From NCBI GenBank assembly GCA_046262115.1, contig JBHENJ010000044.1, forward strand, positions 1 through 59,384: a DNA stretch of 59,384 nt, given 5' to 3'. Shown piece after piece: positions 1 to 9,005 of the stretch. Below the pieces are notes generated by a model. It made no database searches. It saw nothing but the letters and a program-made list of their open reading frames with translations, and was not told the DNA's origin. This stretch comes from Candidatus Limnocylindria bacterium (GTDB lineage: Bacteria; Chloroflexota; Limnocylindria; QHBO01). The position numbers and the translations under genes were made by a program. How positions within the stretch are numbered: the first letter of the stretch is position 1; each line of letters starts with the position of its first letter.

Positions 1-12
1 ATGCAGCGGAGT

Positions 13-84
13 GCGAGAAAAGCGAGATAAGCGAAATAAGCCCCATGGTGAACGATGTCCCCGAGTGCGAAATAAGCGAACTAA
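13..84 (+). repeat. Five 9-bp iteron-like repeats (GCGARAWAA-like), putative replication origin
   Basis: GCGAGAAAA 13-21, GCGAGATAA 22-30, GCGAAATAA 31-39, GCGAAATAA 67-75, GCGAACTAA 76-84. Both blocks start within GAGTGCGA. A-rich, and directly downstream of the primase gene. Confidence 0.65.
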
Positions 85-2171
85 GTCGCACGCCACACCT
101 CTCGCGGACGCCCGCCAGTCTCGCGGTCGTCGATGCGCTGGACGGTCCCGGCGCTCAGCAGCAGTGCCAGCGCACCCTCGACGCGGCCACGATTGGCGTG
201 GCGCCCGAACAGGTCGACGATTCCGGTCCGGTCCAGCTCGCCTGCCTGCCTGAGCGCGCGCAGGATGGTGTCGGCGGTGGGGTCGCCGGTGGCATCGCCG
301 AAGACCCAGCGCGCCGACTGCTCGGCATACCGCCACACCGCCAGCGCCGCACGCAGGTGCTCGACGCCGATCACCGTCGAGCGGTCGACCATCGCGTACA
401 AAACGCTCAGCCGGAGCACCTGCGCTTCCGCGCGACTGGTCGCCGCGCCGAGCATCCCGGGCCGGCCCGACGAGAGTTCCTCGTATTCGTCCCGCCACAG
501 CGCCGTGGCAGCGTCATCTCGGCGCGGCAGGCGGCCGAACGATGCCCACTCTTGGACGGCGCGTACTTGCCCCGCCAGCTCGCGCACCACGTCTTCGGGC
601 ACGCCGTCGCCGTCGGGGAGCACGCGCGCCCGGCGCACCGCGAGCCACAGGAAGCGGTTGGCAAAGCCGGACGCGAGCTCGGTGCGGTCCAGGTAGCGCA
701 GCAGCTCGTCGCGCGTGACGTGCCCGACGATGCAGATGTGCGCGCCGGTGGCGACCGTCGGCGAGTTCTTGACGAGCACGCGCAGGTCGCCGGAGTCCCA
801 GGCGCGGCGCAGGACGGCGGACAGGATGTTGCCGTCACGTTGCGCGACGCGCAGGACGCTCGCGAACTCGCTCTCGATGACCAGCAGCCGCTTGTCGCTG
901 ACGCCGGGATCGGCTTCTACCTCCTGGATGCCGGCGGCCTCACCCTTGCCGACGCGCTCGAAGCGCACTACGCGGTCCCGGACGGCGTGGATCAGTCCCT
1001 CGCCGCTCGAGAGTCCCTCGGTGACGCGGCCGGCGGCGAATTGCTCGTCCGCCTCGCGCAGCAGGCGGCCGGCGGGTCGAGCGGCCGAGTCCTTGCGTCC
1101 CTTGGCGGTCACGCCGACCAGGACGGCATTCAGTCGCGCCGGGTGCACGGCGTCACCGGCCAGCGCATGGACGTGTCCACCAGTCAAGGCGGCCAGGCCG
1201 CCCGCGACGTGCATCAACAGCGCGGCCCGGTCGCTCTCGCTGTACGGCTCGACGCGGCGCACAAACTCGCCGACCAGTCCGTGCAGCGCGTCCTCGTGCA
1301 GCGGCTCGGGCCACCGCTCGGCTTCCGTAACGTTACGTGACGGTTCGGGGACGTGGGTCGCCGGTCGCTCGTCGGGCGGTGCATCGGTCGCGGCCTCGAG
1401 CAGCGTCTCGACGTCGGCGACGTCGTGTGTCGCCAGGAAGTCGGCCGCGTCGCCGTGCTCCGGCGCCTCGGGCCATGCCACCCAGCGAACCGATGCCGCG
1501 ATATCGGTGAGTGAAGCGGCCAGCTCGCGCATATGGCGTCGACCGGGCTCGTCATTGTCCGGCCACAACACGACGTCGAGGCCGGCCAGGACGGCGAGCG
1601 GCTCGCGCGCCGGGACGGTGGCCGCGCCGGTAACGGTGGCGACCGTGGGGATGCCGGCCGCGATCAGGACGGCGGCAGCTTTCTCGCCTTCAGTGACGAC
1701 GATTGGCCGCGTCACGTCCCACTCGGCCGCCGACTCGCTGCCGAACAGGGGAAGCTCGCTGACAGGCGTCCCGTTCAGCCCGAACTGGCCGTCGGGACGT
1801 TTCCACGTGATGCGCTTGCCCGTCGGCGTGTCCTCGCGGACGTGGACTGCCACCACGGCGCCCGCGGCGTCGCGGATCGCGTACTCCGTCACCTTCGGCG
1901 TCGACGCGCTGCGAGGCGTGGACGGGAACACCAGGCGCGGCGCCTCGCGGTCCTCGTCGAATAGATCCGACATCGAAAGTCCGAGAGCAGCGACGACGTC
2001 GGTCGTGTCGCAGCCGCCGAAGTCGAACACCACAGCGCGGCCGTCTCTGTCCGCGATTGACAGGCTCGGCGTCTTGTCGGCGTGGGCGGGACAGGTGGCC
2101 TGCCACCGTGCCCCGACCTGCCGCGCGCCGGGAAGTCGCTCAAGAAGCCGGCAGACGGCCGCGCCGGGCAT
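81..2171 (-). CDS. Primase-helicase/replication protein (Zn-binding + TOPRIM + DUF3987-like)
   Basis: N-terminal CPAHxDxxPSL...GC motif, TOPRIM motifs (TEGEKAA, WPDNDEPG, DAADF), and a C-terminal domain with G..KGRK, EGLSSGEGL and ESEF motifs typical of phage/ICE DUF3987 proteins. Confidence 0.85.
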   Translation of the reverse strand: MPGAAVCRLLERLPGARQVGARWQATCPAHADKTPSLSIADRDGRAVVFDFGGCDTTDVVAALGLSMSDLFDEDREAPRLVFPSTPRSASTPKVTEYAIRDAAGAVVAVHVREDTPTGKRITWKRPDGQFGLNGTPVSELPLFGSESAAEWDVTRPIVVTEGEKAAAVLIAAGIPTVATVTGAATVPAREPLAVLAGLDVVLWPDNDEPGRRHMRELAASLTDIAASVRWVAWPEAPEHGDAADFLATHDVADVETLLEAATDAPPDERPATHVPEPSRNVTEAERWPEPLHEDALHGLVGEFVRRVEPYSESDRAALLMHVAGGLAALTGGHVHALAGDAVHPARLNAVLVGVTAKGRKDSAARPAGRLLREADEQFAAGRVTEGLSSGEGLIHAVRDRVVRFERVGKGEAAGIQEVEADPGVSDKRLLVIESEFASVLRVAQRDGNILSAVLRRAWDSGDLRVLVKNSPTVATGAHICIVGHVTRDELLRYLDRTELASGFANRFLWLAVRRARVLPDGDGVPEDVVRELAGQVRAVQEWASFGRLPRRDDAATALWRDEYEELSSGRPGMLGAATSRAEAQVLRLSVLYAMVDRSTVIGVEHLRAALAVWRYAEQSARWVFGDATGDPTADTILRALRQAGELDRTGIVDLFGRHANRGRVEGALALLLSAGTVQRIDDRETGGRPREVWRAT

Positions 2172-2174
2172 CGA

Positions 2175-2573
2175 CTAGAACGGGATCTCGTCCGCTAGGA
2201 CGCTGGTCGACTGCGGCGACTGACGAGCCGCCGGCCGAACGTCGGCAACCTTGTTGAAGCCTCTGTCGTTGACCGTGAGCACGAGCTCGCACTGCCGCCC
2301 GATCAGGTCGTCGGGCTGGAGGCGATCGCCGGCCCGGAACTCACGGCCGACGATCGCCTCGGCCCACTGGCGAGCCTTCGCCTGGCGCCCGAACTTCGTC
2401 GAGCTGATATCGGTGACGGTCACCGGGCCGTCGCCGGTGACGACATCGAAGAACCACTTGACGGCATCGCTGCCGTCGAACGAGCTGGTCGTCGGCTCTA
2501 GGGCCGCGACTACGGCGCTGTACACACCGCCCTCGAGCGCAACCGAGGTCGGTACTTCAAATGACACGGGCAT
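2175..2573 (-). CDS. Phage-type single-stranded DNA-binding-like protein
   Basis: 132 aa from ATG 2573. G.Y.A.V...E N-terminus, 'DDLIGRQCELVL', and an acidic tail ending DEIPF as in SSBs. Confidence 0.65.
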   Translation of the reverse strand: MPVSFEVPTSVALEGGVYSAVVAALEPTTSSFDGSDAVKWFFDVVTGDGPVTVTDISSTKFGRQAKARQWAEAIVGREFRAGDRLQPDDLIGRQCELVLTVNDRGFNKVADVRPAARQSPQSTSVLADEIPF

Positions 2574-2736
2574 CGGCGTCTTCCTCTTCGTGCGTGGGTG
2601 TCGTGAGCACTTCTGCGAGCAGAAGCTCGTTTGCGTCGTCGAGTGATCGCCGAGCGATCTCAATGGCGTCGGCAATGACGCTGAGGTGGTCGACGATTGG
2701 CCCGATGAGCCGGGCGGGGAGCGGCGTTCTGTTCAT
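2557..2736 (-). CDS. Small hypothetical protein, 59 aa (not in the ORF track)
   Basis: MNRTPLPARLIGPIVDHLSVIADAIEIARRSLDDANELLLAEVLTTPTHEEEDADARVI*. Overlaps the start of the SSB-like gene and fills the operon gap. Confidence 0.55.
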   Translation of the reverse strand: MNRTPLPARLIGPIVDHLSVIADAIEIARRSLDDANELLLAEVLTTPTHEEEDADARVI

Positions 2737-2835
2737 CTTGTTCAGCGGTTCTGCTAGTAAGGAGGGACTGGGCTACGATTCGCCGCGTTCAGCGGCTCGA
2801 CGGCCGGTGCAGCCATGCGCCGGTCGTCGTCGTGT

Positions 2836-3042
2836 TCAGCGATCGGCGACGGTCATCACCGCCTTTCCCGTCTCGTGGGCGATCCAATCCAAGAGCGCCC
2901 TTCGCGAGACGCGGAGGCTGTGCCCGACCTTCATGACGCCAGGAAGCTCACCGCGTGACGCGAGGCCGTAAGCCTTCGAGCGGCCGATGTTGAGGAAGCT
3001 CGCCGCCTCCTCGACCTTCAGAAGCTCCGGTTCCACGGTCAC
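2836..3042 (-). CDS. Excisionase/AlpA-like HTH DNA-binding protein
   Basis: 'LLKVEEAASFLNIGRSKAYGL...G.LP..KVG...RV....L..W' is an HTH_17 pattern. GTG start preceded by GGAGG. Confidence 0.85.
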   Translation of the reverse strand: MTVEPELLKVEEAASFLNIGRSKAYGLASRGELPGVMKVGHSLRVSRRALLDWIAHETGKAVMTVADR

Positions 3043-3102
3043 TGGCGCCCTCCGCTGTTCGGTCTTCCGCGGTCCACATGAGTCCGCTATAGTCAGCGTC
3101 GC

Positions 3103-3699
3103 ATGCTCGCAGACGTTGGTAAAGGCACTTTGCAGACAGATAACCGTCATATCAGGTCACGTAGGCGGCGAAGGCGACGCGGGTTCGGGGACGACATTCT
3201 CGAGGCAGTCGAGCGCCTCGCCTACAGGGCGCGAACCGCTCAGGAAATCCGAGACGCCCTACTCGACATGGGTCGGTGGCCGGAGAGCGATCTGCCGTCG
3301 ATTCGGACTATCGACCGGATTCTTACCGACGACCTGGGCTTGCGCGGCCGAGGCGATCAACACTGGCAGCTCGGCGCCGCTGACTCCGAAGACGCTCGCC
3401 TAGTTCTCGAGACCCTCGCGACGGTGATCAAGGCGACAGAGGGTCGAGTCCGCTCGCTGTCACGCGATGAAGCGGAGTGGGTAGTCCGGGTGCGCCGAGC
3501 TAGGCCTGACCTCCACCCGTGGCTCGCCTACAAGTACGCAACGCGTTATCGGGCCCGTGACGACCGGGGCGAGTCCACGGAGGGCCTCGACATTCAGCTG
3601 GCGGTGTTCTTCCGCGGCGATCCCGAAGCTGAGCGATTCGCGTTCATTCCCGAAGGCATGCATGTAGTGGTCACGGAGGATGAAGACGATGGCACGTAG
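3103..3699 (+). CDS. Putative element repressor/regulator; start uncertain
   Basis: Divergent from the xis-like gene and overlapping the integrase start. HTH-like segment 'TAQEIRDAL...PSIRTIDRIL'. Confidence 0.5.
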   Translation: MLADVGKGTLQTDNRHIRSRRRRRRRGFGDDILEAVERLAYRARTAQEIRDALLDMGRWPESDLPSIRTIDRILTDDLGLRGRGDQHWQLGAADSEDARLVLETLATVIKATEGRVRSLSRDEAEWVVRVRRARPDLHPWLAYKYATRYRARDDRGESTEGLDIQLAVFFRGDPEAERFAFIPEGMHVVVTEDEDDGT

Positions 3700-4816
3700 G
3701 GGAGCCGGTGAAGGCACTATCCGACAGCGGCGGGACGGACGCTGGGAGGGACGGTTGACGGTCGCCTACGACGCAGGCCGCCGAGCCCGGAAGTCATACT
3801 TCGGGAAGACGCGCCGAGACGTCCAGCTACGGCTCGCTGAGGCACTTCGCAGCCTCGAGCAGGGCGTTCCACCATCGTCGGAGCGTTTGATAGTCGGACG
3901 CTACCTGACCGATTGGCTCGCCGCGGCGAGAAGCTCGCTGCGGCCGTCGACCTACCGCCGGTACGAACAGCTTGTCCGCGTCCAGATCGTGCCCGCACTC
4001 GGGCGGATCTCGCTTGTGAAACCCTCCCCCGCCGACATCGAGCGATTTCTCGCCTCAATGCTTGCTGCTGGCGCGTCACCCCAGTCCGCGCACCATGCAC
4101 GCGCCGTCCTGCGGACAGCACTGGCGCGTGCCGTGCGACACGGCCTGCTCACCCGCAACGTGGCGGCGCTGGCGGCGGCGCCGAAGGTCGAGCGACGTGA
4201 AGTGCAGGTGCTCAGCCCCGACGAGGTTCACCGGCTGTTCGAGGTTGCCGCCGACGACCGCCTCGAGGCGCTCTACGTACTCGCCGTCGCAACGGGCGCC
4301 CGCCAGGGCGAGCTACTGGCGCTCACCTGGCCGGACATCGACCTCGATGCCGCGACTCTCCGGATTCGAGCCGCCATGCAGCGCGTCAACGGGAAGCTCA
4401 CGCGAGTCGAGCCGAAGACAGCGCGGTCACGGCGCACCGTAGTCCTCGCGAGAGTCGCGGTGCAGGCACTCCGCGAGCATCGGACGCGGCAGCTACAGGA
4501 ACGGCTGTGGGCCGGCTCACGGTGGCAGGATCACGGCCTCGTCTTCGCTCGCGCAATCGGGACACCGCTCGACGGAACGGCCGTCACACCGGCCTTCCAG
4601 GCGCTCCTGGCCACGGCCGGCCTACCACGGATCACGTTCCATGCGCTGCGACACACCGCAGCGTCGCTCCTGCTCGCGCAGGGCGTCCACCCGCGCGTGG
4701 TCATGGAGCAGCTCGGACACTCGACGATCGCACTGACCATGAACACGTATTCGCACGTCATGCCGGCGCTGGAGCGCGACGCCGCTGACCGAATGGACGT
4801 GGCACTCGGACGATGA
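3689..4816 (+). CDS. int: Tyrosine integrase
   Basis: N-terminal 'RRG.GEG.I.QR.DGRW' arm-binding domain. Catalytic motifs TGARQGE, KT, FHALRH, LGH and Y in NTYSH. Confidence 0.95.
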   Translation: MARRGAGEGTIRQRRDGRWEGRLTVAYDAGRRARKSYFGKTRRDVQLRLAEALRSLEQGVPPSSERLIVGRYLTDWLAAARSSLRPSTYRRYEQLVRVQIVPALGRISLVKPSPADIERFLASMLAAGASPQSAHHARAVLRTALARAVRHGLLTRNVAALAAAPKVERREVQVLSPDEVHRLFEVAADDRLEALYVLAVATGARQGELLALTWPDIDLDAATLRIRAAMQRVNGKLTRVEPKTARSRRTVVLARVAVQALREHRTRQLQERLWAGSRWQDHGLVFARAIGTPLDGTAVTPAFQALLATAGLPRITFHALRHTAASLLLAQGVHPRVVMEQLGHSTIALTMNTYSHVMPALERDAADRMDVALGR

Positions 4817-5232
4817 AGGCCAGGATCGACGCCACGGAGGTCGCGGTACCGGAGGCGCTTCGCAACGGTGTGCGACGCCGCCGATTCCCCAAAGAGTGCT
4901 ACACGCGAGCCTTGGACTATGTCTTCGACAATCCGGCCGCGACGTTAGTGCATGGCACGTATGCGCCTCTGGAAGAGCGACCCGATATTCGAACCGGTCA
5001 TGCGTGGGCCGAGCTAGATGACGGTGACCGAAGAGTCGCCTTCGACCCCAATGAGCAGCGGTTCTACGACCGCGAGAGCTATTACGCCGCCCTGAGACTG
5101 AAAGCTGATCGGCGCTACTCGGCCCCGGATGCAGCGAAGCTCGCCGTCGCGACACGCCACTGCGGTCCCTGGGAGTCCTGGGAAGTCCCTGAGGCCGGTG
5201 GGGGTCAACGTGGGGGTCAAAACGTCGGCTAG
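4813..5232 (+). CDS. Hypothetical protein with a transglutaminase/papain-like C-H-D pattern
   Basis: ATGA overlap with the integrase stop. Motifs ECY..A, LVHG, HAWAE and FDP. Confidence 0.55.
   Translation: MKARIDATEVAVPEALRNGVRRRRFPKECYTRALDYVFDNPAATLVHGTYAPLEERPDIRTGHAWAELDDGDRRVAFDPNEQRFYDRESYYAALRLKADRRYSAPDAAKLAVATRHCGPWESWEVPEAGGGQRGGQNVG
5198..5220 (+). repeat. Tandem 11-bp direct repeat GTGGGGGTCAA, probable integrase arm-type sites
   Basis: Exact copies at 5198-5208 and 5210-5220, about 60 bp from the tRNA 3' end. Confidence 0.65.
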
Positions 5233-5278
5233 CGCCTGACGGCCGGCCGGTGCGCCGGGGGTGATTCGTGCTCAAATC

Positions 5279-5367
<89 letters not shown>

Positions 5368-5419
5368 GCGCTCGCGGCGGAGGGATTATGGCGCGTCCGG
5401 CGGCGGGGACGTATCGGCC

Positions 5420-6691
5420 TCAGCCGATGCGATCCACCCCTCCGAAGTACGGCCGCAGGCCATCGGGGAGTCGCACCGAGCCGTCGTCCTGAAGGTGCGT
5501 CTCGAGCAGTGCGGCCACCGTGCGCGACATGCCGAGCCCGCTGCCATTGAGGGTATGCACGAGCTCGGGCCTTGCACCGGGCTCGGGTCGGTAGCGGATG
5601 TTCATCCGGCGCGCCTGGAAGTCGGTGTAGTTCGACGTGGAACTCACCTCGAGCCAGGCGCCAACACCCGGCGCCCATGCCTCGAGGTCGTAGCCGCGCG
5701 CCTGCGCGAAGCCCAGGTCGGCGGTGCACCGCTCCACGACGCGGTAGGTAAGCTCGAGCGCGTCCAGGACGGCCTCCGCATGCGCGGTGAGCTCGTCCAG
5801 CGTCGCCGCGCTGTCCTCCGGGCGCACGAAGTGGACCATCTCGACCTTGTCGAACTGGTGCACGCGCAACAGCCCTCGGGTGTCCTTGCCGGCCGCTCCC
5901 GCCTCGCGGCGGAAGCACGGCGAGTAGGCGACGAGCCGGATCGGCAGCGCGTCGGCGGCGAGGATCTCGTCGCGATACACGTTCGTCACCGGCACCTCGG
6001 CGGTCGGGATCAGGTACAGGTCGACCCGCTCGACGACGTACATCTGCCCTTCCTTGTCGGGCAGCTGCCCGGTGCCGCGAGCGGAGGCGGCATTGACGAG
6101 GATCGGGGGCCACACCTCGCGGTAGCCGTGACGTGTCGCCTGCAGGTCGACCATCAGCGACACGAGCGCGCGCTGCAGGCGAGCGCCGGCGCCGGTGTAC
6201 AGGATGAAGCCGGAGCCGCTGATCTTCGCGGCCCTCTCGAGGTCGAAGAGCCCGAGCCGCTCCCCGATCTCCCAGTGCGGCGGGCGCGATCGCGCTGGCT
6301 CACCACGCCGGCGGACCTCGAGGTTGTCGGCCGATCCGCTTCCGTCGGGGGATCTCTCGTCGGGCAGATTGGGGATGGAGAGCAGCTCGCGCTCGACCAT
6401 CGCATCGATCTCGCGGATCTCGGCGTCAAGCACGCCGATCCGCTCCGCCAGCCGTGCCAGCTGCGCCTTCAGCGCGGCGGCCTCGTCGGCGCGGCTGTCT
6501 CGCAGGAGGTCGCCGACCCGCCTGCTGCCGACGTTGCGCTCGTGCTTGAGGCCGTCGGCCTCGGCGAGGAGGACGCGCCGCCGCGAGTCGGCCGCGATCA
6601 GCCGGTCGACTGCGTCGGGCCGCTCGCCCTTGCGGGCGATCGCTCGCCGAACGCGCTCCGGGTCATCGCGGATCACCTGCAGCGCGATCAC
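5420..6691 (-). CDS. serS: Serine--tRNA ligase
   Basis: LIPTAEVP, CFRREAG, RVHQFDKVE, EVSS.SN..DFQARR and HTLNGSG motifs. GTG start overlaps the lysS stop. Confidence 0.97.
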   Translation of the reverse strand: MIALQVIRDDPERVRRAIARKGERPDAVDRLIAADSRRRVLLAEADGLKHERNVGSRRVGDLLRDSRADEAAALKAQLARLAERIGVLDAEIREIDAMVERELLSIPNLPDERSPDGSGSADNLEVRRRGEPARSRPPHWEIGERLGLFDLERAAKISGSGFILYTGAGARLQRALVSLMVDLQATRHGYREVWPPILVNAASARGTGQLPDKEGQMYVVERVDLYLIPTAEVPVTNVYRDEILAADALPIRLVAYSPCFRREAGAAGKDTRGLLRVHQFDKVEMVHFVRPEDSAATLDELTAHAEAVLDALELTYRVVERCTADLGFAQARGYDLEAWAPGVGAWLEVSSTSNYTDFQARRMNIRYRPEPGARPELVHTLNGSGLGMSRTVAALLETHLQDDGSVRLPDGLRPYFGGVDRIG

Positions 6692-8286
6692 GTGGCGACC
6701 CCCGCGGCCGATCCGGCCGCCGATCGCAGGCGTTCGACGACGAACCGCTGCGTCAACGATCCGAGCAACGACCCCGCACGGGGGCCGCCGGTCTTGCCGA
6801 GGAATGCCGCGTACACGGCTGCGAAGGCGCGCACCGCCGGCACGCCGGCCGCGGCAGCCGATTCGAAGATCGCCGCCTGGAGCGCGTCCGGCTCCCAATC
6901 GCGTGCCACCTCCAGGCGGTCGGCCAGCCGGGCGAGGACGCCCGCCTGGTCGGGATCGAGGAACTGCACCGCGTCGGGGAGCGACTCCGACACCGCGAAG
7001 CGATAGCGGTCCGGCGCCCACTCCCGCAGCCACCGCTCCGCCACGGCGGTGCGGCGTTGGAGCTCGGCGTTCGCGTCGCCATCCAGCGGCGCGCCGCGGT
7101 GGCGGCCGATCGCCGCGGCCACGTCCGCGCCGGGCATCTGGACGTAGGTCGCGACCTGCGCGAACGGCGGCAGGAAATACGCGGGCACGGGCTGCGCGGG
7201 CAACTGCGACATCTCGACGATGCGTCGGGCCTGCGCGGGGTCGCCCGCCTCGTGGCCGCGGACCGCATCAGCGCCCGCTGCGACCGCAACGAAGGCGTCG
7301 TATTCGTCGAAGAGCCGCGGGACGGTCTCGCCGCTCGGATCGAACTCGATCGTCTGCTGCGGACGATGGCGCAGCATCAGGAAGCGGACGATCTCGGGCG
7401 GCAGCGCCGCGACCATCGCCTCCGCCGTCGTGCCCGTGCCGGCCGAGCTCTTCATCTTGCGGCCGCCGACGTTGAAGAACTCGTACGGCACGTTCAGTGG
7501 CGGCTCGAGGCCGAAGACCTGGCGTGCGATCGCATCGGACCGCTCGCGCGATCCACCCGCCGTCGAGAGGTCCTTCCCGCACCCCTCGATCTTCACGGCG
7601 AACTGGCGCCACTTGGCGACCCAGTCGACGTTCCAGGGCAGCTTCGCACGTCCACCGAAGGGCGTCACGCGGCCGGCATGCCCGCACCCCCGTGCCCAGC
7701 TGACGAGGTCCGGGAGGCATCGGTAGCTGACCTGCTCTCCGTCCCAGCCGTCGACGTAGGTGGTGCCGATGCGGCCGCACGACTCGCAGACGACCGAGAG
7801 CGGGTGCCAGTCGTCGGGCTTCACCGAGTGGGAGACCTCGCGGTACACGCGCCGGATGTCGGCCGCCCGGTCGAGCGCGATGCGGATCGAGTCGTCGACC
7901 GCCCCGGACGCGTAGAGCTCGCTGGCCCAGTAGAAGTCCGGGTGGATGCCCAGCCGCTCGAACGTGGCGAGGAACGTCTGCCCGAAGTGCCGCGCCCACG
8001 ACGCGTGCGGCGAGCCGGCGGGCGCGGGGACGTCCTTGAGCGGCCGTCCCATGTGCTCGGTCAGACCCTCGCGACTGGCCAGCGTGGCCGCATCCATCGG
8101 GTCCATGTCGTCCACGCCGTACACGAAGCGCACCTCACGGCCGGCGTCGACCAAGGCGCGGACGATGGAGTCGTGGATGACGACGCCGCGAAGGGAACCG
8201 ACGTGGATCGTCCCCGATGGCGTCTTGGAGTCGCCGACGACCTCCGGCCCGACGACCTGCGCCGCGATCTCATCTGCCCAGAACAT
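6688..8286 (-). CDS. lysS: Class I lysine--tRNA ligase
   Basis: 'W.D', 'TPSG.IHVG', DD.D, CxxCG and CxxxGCGH Zn sites, KLPW.VDW, GKDL, and KMKSS (KMSKS variant). Confidence 0.92.
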   Translation of the reverse strand: MFWADEIAAQVVGPEVVGDSKTPSGTIHVGSLRGVVIHDSIVRALVDAGREVRFVYGVDDMDPMDAATLASREGLTEHMGRPLKDVPAPAGSPHASWARHFGQTFLATFERLGIHPDFYWASELYASGAVDDSIRIALDRAADIRRVYREVSHSVKPDDWHPLSVVCESCGRIGTTYVDGWDGEQVSYRCLPDLVSWARGCGHAGRVTPFGGRAKLPWNVDWVAKWRQFAVKIEGCGKDLSTAGGSRERSDAIARQVFGLEPPLNVPYEFFNVGGRKMKSSAGTGTTAEAMVAALPPEIVRFLMLRHRPQQTIEFDPSGETVPRLFDEYDAFVAVAAGADAVRGHEAGDPAQARRIVEMSQLPAQPVPAYFLPPFAQVATYVQMPGADVAAAIGRHRGAPLDGDANAELQRRTAVAERWLREWAPDRYRFAVSESLPDAVQFLDPDQAGVLARLADRLEVARDWEPDALQAAIFESAAAAGVPAVRAFAAVYAAFLGKTGGPRAGSLLGSLTQRFVVERLRSAAGSAAGVAT

Positions 8287-8313
8287 CGGGCTCGCCTCGC
8301 GGATCACTTCTTC

Positions 8314-8341
8314 CGGCGGGCGACGCCGGCGTCGCCCGCCG
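8314..8341. terminator. Perfect 28-bp palindrome between greA and lysS
   Basis: CGGCGGGCGACGCC|GGCGTCGCCCGCCG. Confidence 0.5.
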
Positions 8342-8362
8342 TGGCGGCGGGCATCGAGCAGC

Positions 8363-8833
8363 CTACTTGACGGAGAGCACCTTATAGACGACGGGGCCGG
8401 CCGGCGCGCGCACCGTCACCGAGTCGCCCTTGCGGCTGCCCATCAGGGCCGAGCCGACCGGGGACTCGTTGCTGATCCTACCTTCGCGCGGAGACGCCTC
8501 GGCCGAGCCGACGATGGTGAACTCGTCCTCGTCCTTGCCGTCCTCCGACCGGATGCGGACACGCGAGCCGATGTTGACGCGGTCGGAGCCGTTGCGGTGC
8601 TCGATCAGCTCCGCGTTCTTAATCTGCGTCTCGAGCGTGAGGATGCGGCCTTCCAGGAAGGACTGCTCCTGCTTCGCGTCCTCGTACTCGGCGTTCTCCG
8701 TAATGTCGCCGTCCTGTTTCGCATCGTGGATGCGAGCAGCCACACGCGGTCGTTCGGTGTGGACGAGGAAGTCGAGCTCCGCCTTGAGCTTCTCGAGGCC
8801 CTCGGCGGTGAGATAGACAGGCTTGGTGTTCAT
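8363..8833 (-). CDS. greA: Transcription elongation factor GreA
   Basis: LT.EG..KL..EL, GD..ENAEY, and IS.ESPVG.AL.G motifs. Confidence 0.97.
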   Translation of the reverse strand: MNTKPVYLTAEGLEKLKAELDFLVHTERPRVAARIHDAKQDGDITENAEYEDAKQEQSFLEGRILTLETQIKNAELIEHRNGSDRVNIGSRVRIRSEDGKDEDEFTIVGSAEASPREGRISNESPVGSALMGSRKGDSVTVRAPAGPVVYKVLSVK

Positions 8834-8854
8834 GTATCAGCGGGTCCCAAACGT

Positions 8855-8899
8855 AAAGAAAAACGCTCCAGGCGCCACGCGTCGGTGGCTTCCTGAAGC
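8855..8899 (-). terminator. Intrinsic terminator inside the greA leader (attenuator-like)
   Basis: Minus strand: GCTTCAGG...GCCAC/GTGGC...CCTGGAGC stem followed by GTTTTTCTTT, ending about 21 nt before the greA ATG. Confidence 0.7.
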
Positions 8900-8965
8900 T
8901 GGACCCCCGTGACGGCTTTCCGTTGAAGGGGACCGGGCCGATCGTCGTCGGCCGGCGCGCCGCGG

Positions 8966-8995
8966 ATTGTAGGCCGAGGCCGCCGCCCGTGTCAA
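8966..8995 (-). promoter_or_regulatory. Sigma70-type promoter for greA
   Basis: TTGACA-18-TACAAT on the minus strand. Confidence 0.75.
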
Positions 8996-9005
8996 AAGTG
9001 GAGCG

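Noticed and set aside
2740-2841. Possible CRISPR mini-array
   Set aside because: The repeats are only 8-9 bp with three copies, and there are no cas genes. Kept only as a regulatory-repeat finding.
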